Below are positions 1 through 11,830 of a stretch of DNA of 64,000 nt, in pieces. The notes beneath the pieces were generated by a model. It was not told the origin of the DNA. It did not search any database and saw only the letters and a program-made list of their open reading frames with translations. This DNA is from Antedon mediterranea. Lineage: Eukaryota > Animalia > Echinodermata. The stretch is from NCBI RefSeq assembly GCF_964355755.1, contig NC_092678.1, forward strand, positions 23,019,365 through 23,083,364, in the 5' to 3' direction. Each line of letters begins with the position of its first letter. The first letter of the stretch is position 1. The translations under genes and the position numbers were made by a program.

Positions 1-2650
1 ATAATTTTTCTTGTACTTATAGTAAATAATTTTTCTTGTACTTATAGTAAATAATTTTTCTTGTACTTATAGTAAATAATTTTTCTTGTACTTATAGTAA
101 ATAATTTTTCTTGTACTTATAGTAAATAATTTTTCTTGTACTTATAGTAAATAATTTTTCTTGTACTTATAGTAAATAATTTTTCTTGTACTTATAGTAA
201 ATAATTTTTCTTGTACTTATAGTAAATAATTTTTCTTGTACTTATAGTAAATAATTTTTCTTGTACTTATAGTAAATAATTTTTCTTGTACTTATAGTAA
301 ATAATTTTTCTTGTACTTATAGTAAATAATTTTTCTTGTACTTATAGTAAATAATTTTTCTTGTACTTATAGTAAATAATTTTTCTTGTACTTATAGTAA
401 ATAATTTTTCTTGTACTTATAGTAAATAATTTTTCTTGTACTTATAGTAAATAATTTTTCTTGTACTTATAGTAAATAATTTTTCTTGTACTTATAGTAA
501 ATAATTTTTCTTGTACTTATAGTAAATAATTTTTCTTGTACTTATAGTAAATAATTTTTCTTGTACTTATAGTAAATAATTTTTCTTGTACTTATAGTAA
601 ATAATTTTTCTTGTACTTATAGTAAATAATTTTTCTTGTACTTATAGTAAATAATTTTTCTTGTACTTATAGTAAATAATTTTTCTTGTACTTATAGTAA
701 ATAATTTTTCTTGTACTTATAGTAAATAATTTTTCTTGTACTTATAGTAAATAATTTTTCTTGTACTTATAGTAAATAATTTTTCTTGTACTTATAGTAA
801 ATAATTTTTCTTGTACTTATAGTAAATAATTTTTCTTGTACTTATAGTAAATAATTTTTCTTGTACTTATAGTAAATAATTTTTCTTGTACTTATAGTAA
901 ATAATTTTTCTTGTACTTATAGTAAATAATTTTTCTTGTACTTATAGTAAATAATTTTTCTTGTACTTATAGTAAATAATTTTTCTTGTACTTATAGTAA
1001 ATAATTTTTCTTGTACTTATAGTAAATAATTTTTCTTGTACTTATAGTAAATAATTTTTCTTGTACTTATAGTAAATAATTTTTCTTGTACTTATAGTAA
1101 ATAATTTTTCTTGTACTTATAGTAAATAATTTTTCTTGTACTTATAGTAAATAATTTTTCTTGTACTTATAGTAAATAATTTTTCTTGTACTTATAGTAA
1201 ATAATTTTTCTTGTACTTATAGTAAATAATTTTTCTTGTACTTATAGTAAATAATTTTTCTTGTACTTATAGTAAATAATTTTTCTTGTACTTATAGTAA
1301 ATAATTTTTCTTGTACTTATAGTAAATAATTTTTCTTGTACTTATAGTAAATAATTTTTCTTGTACTTATAGTAAATAATTTTTCTTGTACTTATAGTAA
1401 ATAATTTTTCTTGTACTTATAGTAAATAATTTTTCTTGTACTTATAGTAAATAATTTTTCTTGTACTTATAGTAAATAATTTTTCTTGTACTTATAGTAA
1501 ATAATTTTTCTTGTACTTATAGTAAATAATTTTTCTTGTACTTATAGTAAATAATTTTTCTTGTACTTATAGTAAATAATTTTTCTTGTACTTATAGTAA
1601 ATAATTTTTCTTGTACTTATAGTAAATAATTTTTCTTGTACTTATAGTAAATAATTTTTCTTGTACTTATAGTAAATAATTTTTCTTGTACTTATAGTAA
1701 ATAATTTTTCTTGTACTTATAGTAAATAATTTTTCTTGTACTTATAGTAAATAATTTTTCTTGTACTTATAGTAAATAATTTTTCTTGTACTTATAGTAA
1801 ATAATTTTTCTTGTACTTATAGTAAATAATTTTTCTTGTACTTATAGTAAATAATTTTTCTTGTACTTATAGTAAATAATTTTTCTTGTACTTATAGTAA
1901 ATAATTTTTCTTGTACTTATAGTAAATAATTTTTCTTGTACTTATAGTAAATAATTTTTCTTGTACTTATAGTAAATAATTTTTCTTGTACTTATAGTAA
2001 ATAATTTTTCTTGTACTTATAGTAAATAATTTTTCTTGTACTTATAGTAAATAATTTTTCTTGTACTTATAGTAAATAATTTTTCTTGTACTTATAGTAA
2101 ATAATTTTTCTTGTACTTATAGTAAATAATTTTTCTTGTACTTATAGTAAATAATTTTTCTTGTACTTATAGTAAATAATTTTTCTTGTACTTATAGTAA
2201 ATAATTTTTCTTGTACTTATAGTAAATAATTTTTCTTGTACTTATAGTAAATAATTTTTCTTGTACTTATAGTAAATAATTTTTCTTGTACTTATAGTAA
2301 ATAATTTTTCTTGTACTTATAGTAAATAATTTTTCTTGTACTTATAGTAAATAATTTTTCTTGTACTTATAGTAAATAATTTTTCTTGTACTTATAGTAA
2401 ATAATTTTTCTTGTACTTATAGTAAATAATTTTTCTTGTACTTATAGTAAATAATTTTTCTTGTACTTATAGTAAATAATTTTTCTTGTACTTATAGTAA
2501 ATAATTTTTCTTGTACTTATAGTAAATAATTTTTCTTGTACTTATAGTAAATAATTTTTCTTGTACTTATAGTAAATAATTTTTCTTGTACTTATAGTAA
2601 ATAATTTTTCTTGTACTTATAGTAAATAATTTTTCTTGTACTTATAGTAA
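1..2650. repeat. 25-bp tandem array (ATAATTTTTCTTGTACTTATAGTAA), ~106 copies, runs off window start
   Basis: Apparently invariant 25-bp period from base 1 to 2650; a variant with TTTTCC occurs 4 times at 58184-58283. Confidence 0.99.
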
Positions 2651-3624
2651 ATAACCCGAGCTTGGTGGCGCTATTACTTATAGTAAATAACCCGAGCTTG
2701 GTGGCGCTATTACTTATAGTAAATAACCCGAGCTTGGTGGCGCTATTACTTATAGTAAATAACCCGAGCTTGGTGGCGCTATTACTTATAGGAAATAACC
2801 CGAGCTTGGTGGCGCTATTACTTATAGGAAATAACCCGAGCTTGGTGGCGCTATTACTTATAGGAAATAACCCGAGCTTGGTGGCGCTATTACTTATAGG
2901 AAATAACCCGAGCTTGGTGGCGCTATTACTTATAGGAAATAACCCGAGCTTGGTGGCGCTATTACTTATAGGAAATAACCCGAGCTTGGTGGCGCTATTA
3001 CTTATAGGAAATAACCCGAGCTTGGTGGCGCTATTACTTACAGGAAATAACCCGAGCTTGGTGGCGCTATTACTTACAGGAAATAACCCGAGCTTGGTGG
3101 CGCTATTACTTACAGGAAATAACCCGAGCTTGGTGGCGCTATTACTTACAGGAAATAACCCGAGCTTGGTGGCGCTATTACTTACAGGAAATAACCCGAG
3201 CTTGGTGGCGCTATTACTTACAGGAAATAACCCGAGCTTGGTGGCGCTATTACTTACAGGAAATAACCCGAGCTTGGTGGCGCTATTACTTACAGGAAAT
3301 AACCCGAGCTTGGTGGCGCTATTACTTACAGGAAATAACCCGAGCTTGGTGGCGCTATTACTTACAGGAAATAACCCGAGCTTGGTGGCGCTATTACTTA
3401 CAGGAAATAACCCGAGCTTGGTGGCGCTATTACTTACAGGAAATAACCCGAGCTTGGTGGCGCTATTACTTACAGGAAATAACCCGAGCTTGGTGGCGCT
3501 ATTACTTACAGGAAATAACCCGAGCTTGGTGGCGCTATTACTTACAGGAAATAACCCGAGCTTGGTGGCGCTATTACTTACAGGAAATAACCCGAGCTTG
3601 GTGGCGCTATTACTTACAGGAAAT
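2651..3624. repeat. 36-bp tandem array (ATAACCCGAGCTTGGTGGCGCTATTACTTAyAGkAA), 27 copies
   Basis: 36-bp period. Units 1-3 end TAGTAA, units 4-10 end TAGGAA, units 11-27 end CAGGAA. Shares the ACTTATAGTAAATAA core with the 25-mer. Confidence 0.99.
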
Positions 3625-4119
3625 CTGCGCTAATGTCAGTTAGTGCAACAGTTGCTCATGGTCCCAACAACTTCCTATCGGACATACCGGAGCCGTCAAC
3701 ACCACCCACCACAGGTGGCTCTGTCTCATACGGTCCATCCACACTTGACCTGAATAAGTGCAATCAGTATCAAGCACCTACATCTGTCGTTCTTGCTACC
3801 CCACCGGGGTACCAACTATCCATCACCCACTCCAAAGCCATCCAGGGTAGAACATCTACATCCCGGACACCCGGAGTCAAATTGCACTAACCAACTATCC
3901 TCAACAACTCAAACTTGCATATACATACTCATATACACCATGACAACAAACAAGTGTCGTCCTGCCACTTTATTTCACACTATCGCCCAACAAAGAAACA
4001 TGCATATTCATGCACACATATTAATACTGCCTACTAACGACGCATAAACTCAACAACCTACTTCCAACAACATTATGCACATACATATATACTTCCATAA
4101 CAATTTACATATTCATTAC

Positions 4120-4995
4120 CCACCTCCTGCCTTTTCATTGGTCTATTATAGTCAACCACTGAGTCCATTGACTCAAATCCCACTGCCTTTTTTACACTAT
4201 TAACCTACGCGCCTCCTGCTTCCTCATTGGCCGCTTAACATGATTCCATCCCTCAATTTCTAATTAACCCAATGATTCTATTAACTTTCCTTGATGACTC
4301 AATGGAGTAAACGTGTGCTTACAGCCCAGAGGGTTGTGGGTTCGAATCCCAAGCCTACCTCCTTTCTTTTTACTTCTCCACTGTTTTCATACCTCCGCTT
4401 CTACATATTATTCATAGTTACTTGCCTGCCGGTTAATTTACGCCGTATCCACAAATCACCATCATTTCACATAACATATTATAATTACAATACGTACGCG
4501 TCTCTTGCGTTCTCATTGGCCGCCTAAAATTATTCCATCACTCAATTTCTAAATACCCCACTCAGTTTATTGACTTGCCGCGATGACTCAATGTACTAAA
4601 CGTGTGCTTACGGCCTACAGGGTTGTGGGTTCGAATCTCTCCAAAGGTAACTTCTTCCTCTTCATTTCTTTTCCACCGCCTGATTTCATACCTCCGCATT
4701 ACGTATTACTCGTAGGTACGCACATGCCTTCTTCTGCATTTATTAACATAATTACGCGCTATCCGCCCTTTCAACATAACACCTTCATATATTCATCAAC
4801 GCCATTACCAATCACAATACGTATAATTATATCCTGTACTCACGTACGCGTCTCGTGCGTTCTAATTGGTCGCTTCCATCCCTCAATTTCTAATTAACCC
4901 AAAGATTCTATTGACTTGCCGCCATGACTCAATGTAGTAAACGTGTGCTTACGGCCTACAGGGTTGTGGGTTCGAATCTCTCCCACGGCAACTTC
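4120..4995 (+). repeat. ~300-bp unit x3, each ending in a tRNA-like element (4286-4358, 4575-4650, 4916-4991)
   Basis: Each unit has an ATTGG (reverse CCAAT), then TGACTCAATG (A-box-like), GGGTTCGAATC (B box) and a T-rich tract. Confidence 0.85.
4916..4991 (+). ncRNA. tRNA-like Pol III-type element (not a canonical tRNA)
   Basis: 76 nt, TTGCCG...CGGCAA closing stem, B box GGTTCGAATC, downstream T runs; no clean anticodon arm. Confidence 0.5.
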
Positions 4996-5373
4996 TTTCC
5001 AATTTCCTTTCTTCTTTTTTCCCCCACCACTGTTTCTATACGTCCGCATTACGTATTATTCATAGACTTAAAACAATAAAACTATTAAATACAACATTAC
5101 TGGCGGTGTCCCTTTCTACGAATTTATTACCAGTAACCACAATTATTAATAGTTACCGCCCGGTATCCTCCCTCTGAAACAATCCGCATCATTTCCAAAT
5201 TCAACATCTTACATTCGGAGGAGAACAGCTTATTAGGCTTACTAATCATTCTTGGATAATAACTTCCTTACAGGGACGACACGTGTACAGAAGTTACTTT
5301 CTATGACGCGTTATACTCCCATTGCAACATTCCGCATCATTTCCAACTCAACTATATTTACAAGTCTGTCCAC

Positions 5374-6835
5374 GTTCAACGCAACTTCATACGATTACCC
5401 CGTGCGTGTGGTACGTACGTCACTACGCTTGCGTATATTTTATATGATATATTTCAGCCCCCGATCACATACAACAAAAACTTACAAAGGTCCTACTTCA
5501 ACGCAACTTCATACATTTACCGCTTGCCCGTGCGTGGGGTACGTACGTCACTACGTTCGCGTATATTTCACATAATACATTTTAGCCCCCAATCACATAC
5601 AACAAAAACTTACAAAGGTCCTACTTCAACGCAACTTCATACATTTACCGCTTGCCCGTGCGTGGGGTACGTACGTCACTACGTTCGCGTATATTTCATA
5701 TAATACATTTTAGCTCCCGATCACATACAACAAAAAGTTATAAAGGTCCTACTTCAACGCAACTTCATACATTTACCGCTTGCCCGTGCGTGGGGTACGT
5801 ACGTCACTACGTTCGCGTATATTTCACATAATACATTTTAGCCCCCAATCACATACAACAAAAAGTTATAAAGGTCCTACTTCAACGCAACTTCATACAT
5901 TTACCGCTTGCCCGTGCGTGGGGTACGTACGTCACTACGTTCGCGTATATTTCACATAATACATTTTAGCTCCCGATCACATACAACAAAAAGTTATAAA
6001 GGTCCTACTTCAACGCAACTTCATACATTTACCGCTTGCCCGTGCGTGGGGTACGTACGTCACTACGTTCGCGTATATTTCATATAATACATTTCAGCTC
6101 CCGATCACATACAACAAAAAGTTATAAAGGTCCTACTTCAACGCAACTTCATACATTTACCGCTTGCCCGTGCGTGGGGTACGTACGTCACTACGTTCGC
6201 GTATATTTCATATAATACATTTTAGCCCCCAATCACATACAACAAAAACTTACAAAGGTCCTACTTCAACGCAACTTCATACGATCACCGCTTGCCCGTG
6301 CGTGGGGTACGTACGTCACTACGCTTGCGTATATTTTATATGATATATTTCAGCCCCCGACCACATACAACAAAAACTTACAAAGGTCCTACTTCAACGC
6401 AACTTCATACGATCACCGCTTGCCCGTGCGTGGGGTACGTACGTCACTACGCTTGCGTATATTTTATATGATATATTTCAGCCCCCGATCACATACAACA
6501 AAAAGTAACAAAGGTCCACATTCAACGCAACTTCTTACGATTACCCCGTGCGTGTGGTACGCACGTCACTACGCTTGCGTATATTTTATATGATATATTT
6601 CAGCCCCCGATCACATACAACAAAAACTTACAAAGGTCCTACTTCAACGCAACTTCATACGATCACCGCTTGCCCGTGCGTGGGGTACGTACGTCACTAC
6701 GCTTGCGTATATTTTATATGATATATTTCAGCCCCCGATCACATACAACAAAAAGTTACAAAGGTCCACATTCAACGCAACTTCTTACGATTACCCCGTG
6801 CGTGTGGTACGTACGTCACTACGTTCGCGTATACT
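5374..6835. repeat. ~128-bp minisatellite, ~11 copies
   Basis: TTCAACGCAACTTC recurs at 5497, 5625, 5753, 5881 etc.; contains GTACGTACGTCACTACG; ~1.5 copies at 60835-61020. Confidence 0.95.
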
Positions 6836-7887
6836 TTCTTTGCTACAATGTATCTTTTGCATTAAGTAATATCTATATATCATTACTAACCACTTCAACA
6901 GCACATTTTCTCTTTGCCCACATTGCCAAATGTTCCAGCGTTCCACTTGCAAAGTACACAATATTCCCGTCTGCGTCGACACCCCCCTATTCTCCACACG
7001 CCCATGTGTGCGTACTTCTTCAGGGGCCATTCCAAACACTCTCTCAGACAATCCCGATAGAAGCCCTCCCAACCATCACTTATTAAAACAATTCTCCTCG
7101 GTATCTCTTCACCTACGCAATTCAATTATACATCTTCACGTAACGGTCGTGTCATACATACGTGTTTCCAAACACTACATCCCTTGACTCTAAATTAAAT
7201 CTTCCCATACCTGAAGATATCAACGTAGCTGAGTAGTAGTAATTTTGTTTATTTTATTTATTTCATTTATATGTAATTTACTTTCTATGGACCAGAGTTT
7301 CCGAAATAAAATATTGAATGAATGAATATATATTTCAATTACCGTTGCCTTTCGTCTGCTTCAATATGCTATAACAGGGTCATTAAAAATCATCAATATC
7401 ATTTATTTTCCAATAATGTTACATAACTTTACAGAAAACATCAGTTGTTGACTTACTCATGCTTACAATACAATATTTATTCCCTTACCAAAACATACAT
7501 TTCCAAATACAATCATAATGTGCCACAGTTACATTTCTATTTCTTAAACTTATTTCTCACATTTATTATTCTCTTATTCTCACTATTTACATATCTATCA
7601 TTAGCAAACGATATGTCATGGAAATGTTTCTGGGTTGGTATAAGAAGTTCTTTTACTTCTTCATCTCATCTCTCAAACAGTTCCTATTTATCGTTACCAT
7701 TTAACTTAATGTAAATGTCCATTTGTTGGACTGTTTCAAATAATTGTTAAAGACATATGAATATTACTACATAATTATATTACACACTTATACTACCATT
7801 CTATTCTAACTCATCTCCTATATAATACAATTTACTGTACAGAAACATCAACTTAAGTATTATTATGAATGCCGTATTCTTGTCAGA

Positions 7888-8077
7888 CAGTACAACCTCC
7901 ATAAGGGGACACCTTCGAGACCCAACTAATTCCACCCTGGAAAGTCCAAACAACAAATACACCAAAATGAAAACTAAAGAAATTCAGAAGATTTCAAACT
8001 TACAATGGTATAAATGATTACAATATTATAATTTACTGTCTCCAGATTAGGGGTTTCTCACTGGTGAGCTTGTACTG
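7888..8077. mobile_element. Tc1/mariner(pogo)-like MITE
   Basis: TIRs CAGTACAACCTC / GAGCTTGTACTG followed by TA; related pieces at ~21735, ~29920 and at the orthologous position of copy B (ending ~62958). Confidence 0.55.
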
Positions 8078-8229
8078 TATTACGATATAACAGATTCAAC
8101 TCACTTAAAGACAAACAAAACCTGTCACTAATACACAAGAACATACTTCAACCTACTATACAACACCATAACTATCAACATTAATGTTAATATAGACTAT
8201 TGACTGCTACTACCATAGCATCAACGTGA

Positions 8230-8420
8230 ATACAATTTACAAACATTTACTGGACCGGTCTTTCACATGTAAACTCCCTCAACTGTCGCATCAAAACATC
8301 CATTTACAAACACTGAGTGCACTGGTCCGGTCACTCATAAGTCACTATAGGAACTTCTTTAATTTGTTTGTTTATTCTGAGTATATAATGTGCATATACA
8401 CTCATATGCCTTCAACAAAG
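8230..8420 (-). pseudogene. Decayed coding-like exon shared by copies A and B (B: ~63070-63255)
   Basis: Alignable between copies; one frame reads YILRINKQIKEV..*PDQCTQCL*.. (A) vs YILRKNKQIKEV..*PEQCS*CL*.. (B); multiple stops. Confidence 0.3.
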
Positions 8421-8720
8421 TATTTTCTACTCTACTATTTACAGTCAAACAAAAGATCCTTCAAACACTATAATTAATATACAATATAACGATCTGTGCT
8501 GGGGAATTGGGGTGGCTGCTGACAATACAAACCGGACACTATTTACACACACAGGCCGTGGAGAATCGATGCCTCATTCTTTACCAGGGCTGGAACTTTT
8601 CTTGATACGTTTTTCTGTACAACTTCAAAATTATTCATTCTAAATTCATGGCTTCTGCCCCTTATGTCTTGTGCCTCTACTGACTATAACTACAGACTTG
8701 TAGGTTCATGAATATTGAAA

Positions 8721-9893
8721 CTATTCAATTTTTACTTCATCCTGGTTCACTGGCTTCATAAAATCAAATAAATTCTTCCACATGTCTTTATGCTTTATTA
8801 GAACTTCTAAAATTTTTTTGCTGAGCTACAGAAATAATTTCAACATATTATTATTAATATTATTTATTATTTTAATCCTAATATTATGGGAAAAGCTGGC
8901 TTCTGCTGGAGTCATTAACTTCTTTTTTGCATTACAACCCCGCCATTGAAACCTACAGAACAATCTATTCCAATCTATGTTCCTATATGTCTGTTCAACT
9001 ATGTGACTTTTCTTCGCCTGTCACATTTCAAGGACCTATAACTTTATGTTTAGTACATACAAAATACTTACTGCTTCAGCCAATAACATCAATATGTTAA
9101 TTTCTTCGTCAATCCTGCAAATGCAAATGCAATACCAATTATTATATATATTATTATTATTTCGGAATTATTCATGACTTCCACTGTTTCACACACCTCC
9201 CTATTTCAACATAACATAATGCCAGGGAATCTTTATACCGACAGATCAAACTACATTTGTTGCTATCCCAAACACAGAGCCACCTTCTCATTTCACTTCT
9301 TATGCATAGATATTACTACACTACTAAGGCGTCCATAAAACACAATTTATCACTTTCATAACTTGGACTGCATTAATGTGTTTAACCATTACAACATCAG
9401 ATCTTCTCCAACGTGTGTTTTTGCACAATGAACATACAAAACTATGTTTCAAGTTACAAATACTATAGGACACTCATACTTCAATCATACTACACAATCG
9501 TCAATCAACTTGATCGATCACTAAACTATAAACCACTGTACTATTTAATTATATTACAAGCAGCTCTCAACTTCTTACCCCTCATGAACATCTTCTTGAT
9601 TGTCAATACGAAGTTTAAGCTGCCAAAACAAAAACAAACAGATTTCTACTTATTATTCTTCCTTGCAATTGTCTTAATGTTAAGTTCGGTTACCTGCATA
9701 AATAAATACTTACTTGTTCAAACTTCTGTTGATATGCTCTTAAAGCATAATTTGACTTTTTTCTTTCAATTTCTATCTTTTTTGAGGTCATTAACCCTTT
9801 CTGCCATTCGTCCACTTCATTGTTTCTTTCTATTGATAGCTCGAGATATATCTTCACTCTTTCCATATTTGATACTCTCATTTTGGGATTCAT
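8721..9893 (-). CDS. Predicted 4-exon gene, ~122 aa charged, probably helical protein of unknown function (exons 9893-9714, 9619-9579, 9114-9072, 8825-8721)
   Basis: All junctions are GT-AG with GTAAG donors and phase-compatible (0, 2, 0). Protein: MNPKMRVSNMERVKIYLELSIERNNEVDEWQKGLMTSKKIEIERKKSNYALRAYQQKFEQ/LKLRIDNQEDVHEG/IDEEINILMLLAEA/LSKKILEVLIKHKDMWKNLFDFMKPVNQDEVKIE*. Last two exons have counterparts in copy B. Confidence 0.6.
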
Positions 9894-11768
9894 ATTTTCT
9901 ACAAAACATAAAAAGACAATGTTCACATCTAAAACTGATACACAGTATCTTAAAGCCATCTTCACTTCATCTGGTCCTACAACTGTTCTTAATTCCTATT
10001 GTAAAATGGAGAGTTTATAGTTAGTAAGTCTGGTAGATTAAGAATGATGCGTATTAAAACAACTCGATTTAGGAATTCCTTTCTACCTTTAATAAAAACA
10101 AACCTAGATAAGATAATTATAATTTTCATTGTTGAAAAAAATTTTGGAATTTTGCAAGTTTTGTAAATTTTTTCTACTAATTGAGTGTATTCTTTTTCGC
10201 AACAAGAAGACAAATTTCATACTGTACTATTTTGGTTTGTATGACAATAAAAGATCTGTATCTGTATCTGTATATAGACTCATACAATGTTTACACTCAC
10301 TTTATTGTTATGTTTCCCCAAATTAGTGCCTCTCATATACATATACCTTCATTTACACATGGGTTAATTTATATTAATTTAATTTTGCATTAAAGCAAGG
10401 CTATAAAAAGTGTTTTTGTTTTGTTACCCACTGCTGTCTCTTACTAAACATTTCAATATGCCAATTGCCCAATCAAAAATCAGTCTAGGGGGTGGAGACT
10501 GATCGTTTCCAAACTACAGGTAAACCTTTGGATCTCTCTGCGTCCTACATATTGCTCTTCCCGTATAAACACGGTATTTGATTAAGCAACAGAGGCAACA
10601 AGTTCACGTTTGTTTTATTTCTCTTTCTCTTATTGGGTATTTTCAGATTTTAATTCGACGACCACCCACTCATTTCACAGGTTAGTTTGGAGCACAAAAT
10701 GCAGCCTATATACAACTTTATTTCTCATATCGATGCCTTCCATGCAGCAGAAACACACTCTTCTACATTGTACATAAAATACTCATTGTTATTTTATGCT
10801 TATTATATAGCTCCTCTTAAATACTGATAATATCTCACTATTCAGTGAACCATTATTTTGTACTTCCCTAACCACTAACAGTTGCATAGATGTTTTATAT
10901 CCTTTAAACACAGTACAATCTTTGTATACACAGGTTATGAATTACTTCCCTCGTGGGTGGGTAAATATAATACTAAGCATATAAGGAAGTAAGCACATTC
11001 TACCTTCCTTCTGGTACTACTAGTACGACTTGTCTCAAATCTTATTCAAAGGACATAATACTGGATATAGATTTGTGTTATTTTAATTTCGTAAGTATTC
11101 CATTAATGATTATTATTTCATTTTTCGGCTATGTCAGTTTATCCAGGTAAGCTAGGAATGAATACAGTAGACTACATAAACCAGAAAGGGTGTTGGTAGT
11201 CTATCATTGCCTGGATACACACCCTCCCACTGCCCACTCAACAACAGGTCTTCATGACGACGCTGATACGTTGCCACCAGAGGGTGCCATAGCGGACGGG
11301 TAGGGGTGTTCCACTTCGTGGTCCATGTTCGTTTATCTAGGTGGCCTCAGCGTGCATTGCAATACACTTATTACACATATTATTGTACTAAAAACATATG
11401 GTTTACTGCACTAACTGCAGAACTACAACACACCTAACCAGCAAGCAACCAAGTAACTAACTAACTATTTGCAGTGTGGAAAATTGCCCCTTCAACGGAA
11501 TACAGTACGCACCATCACAAACATTTCTACATTTACAGACTCAGAAGGTCTACAAATTCACCGTAAAATCATCAATGTTACGATTAATAACAGTAAACAG
11601 CAATACAAACACATTTCTGGCCAGTTTTTACATTATTAAATAACATAATATACTGTACGGTTCATATATTTCCTCAACATTTCAAATAAACAAAATAACA
11701 TGTTTTGATGCGACTAATGTTTTCATTATAAAATACAAATAATTTAAGGATAACGACGCTGAACAGAC

Positions 11769-11830
11769 CAGGGGTGGATCCAGGATGTTGTAAGAGGGGG
11801 GCTCAGACAGAACCCCCACGGTTAGACCTG
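11769..11830. mobile_element. Short DNA-transposon (MITE) remnant
   Basis: CAGGGGTGGATCCAGG...AGACCTG ends resemble common short hAT-like MITEs; a similar 3' end (CCCCTGGCTACGGGCCTG) lies at ~60818-60836. Confidence 0.35.

Larger units (their letters stand above)
1..9900. mobile_element. Large unclassified repeat element, copy A (right boundary not determined)
   Basis: Collinear with 58184-64000: terminal arrays, 3635-4150 = 58562-59080, tRNA-like unit, 128-bp repeat, 6800-7135 ~ 60990-61340, 7425-7470 ~ 62533-62575, 8060-9130 ~ 62940-63985. Mobility is inferred; no transposase seen. Confidence 0.6.

Noticed and set aside
1-3624. CRISPR array or canonical telomere
   Set aside because: No unique spacers, no cas genes, eukaryotic context; no TTAGGG-type G-rich unit
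2662-3633. 323-aa ORF of LVALLL(I/T)(V/G)NNPS repeats
   Set aside because: By-product of a 36-bp stop-free repeat; starts at TTG; the homologous array in copy B has a 37-bp period that breaks the frame
3633-3890. 85-aa Pro/Ser/Thr-rich ORF repeated at 58526-58819
   Set aside because: DNA is near-identical between copies, so peptide identity is uninformative; the ATG is not conserved in copy B
4286-4991. Bona fide tRNA genes
   Set aside because: No regular anticodon arm and imperfect T stems; kept only as tRNA-like
9072-9114. Ulp1/SENP protease motif (DEEIN)
   Set aside because: Paralog reads DEEIA; no upstream WL and no His/Asp/Cys catalytic motifs in the gene model
9413-10024. 203-aa plus-strand ORF
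   Set aside because: Starts at GTG, has low-complexity AT-driven composition and is antisense to the better-supported spliced gene
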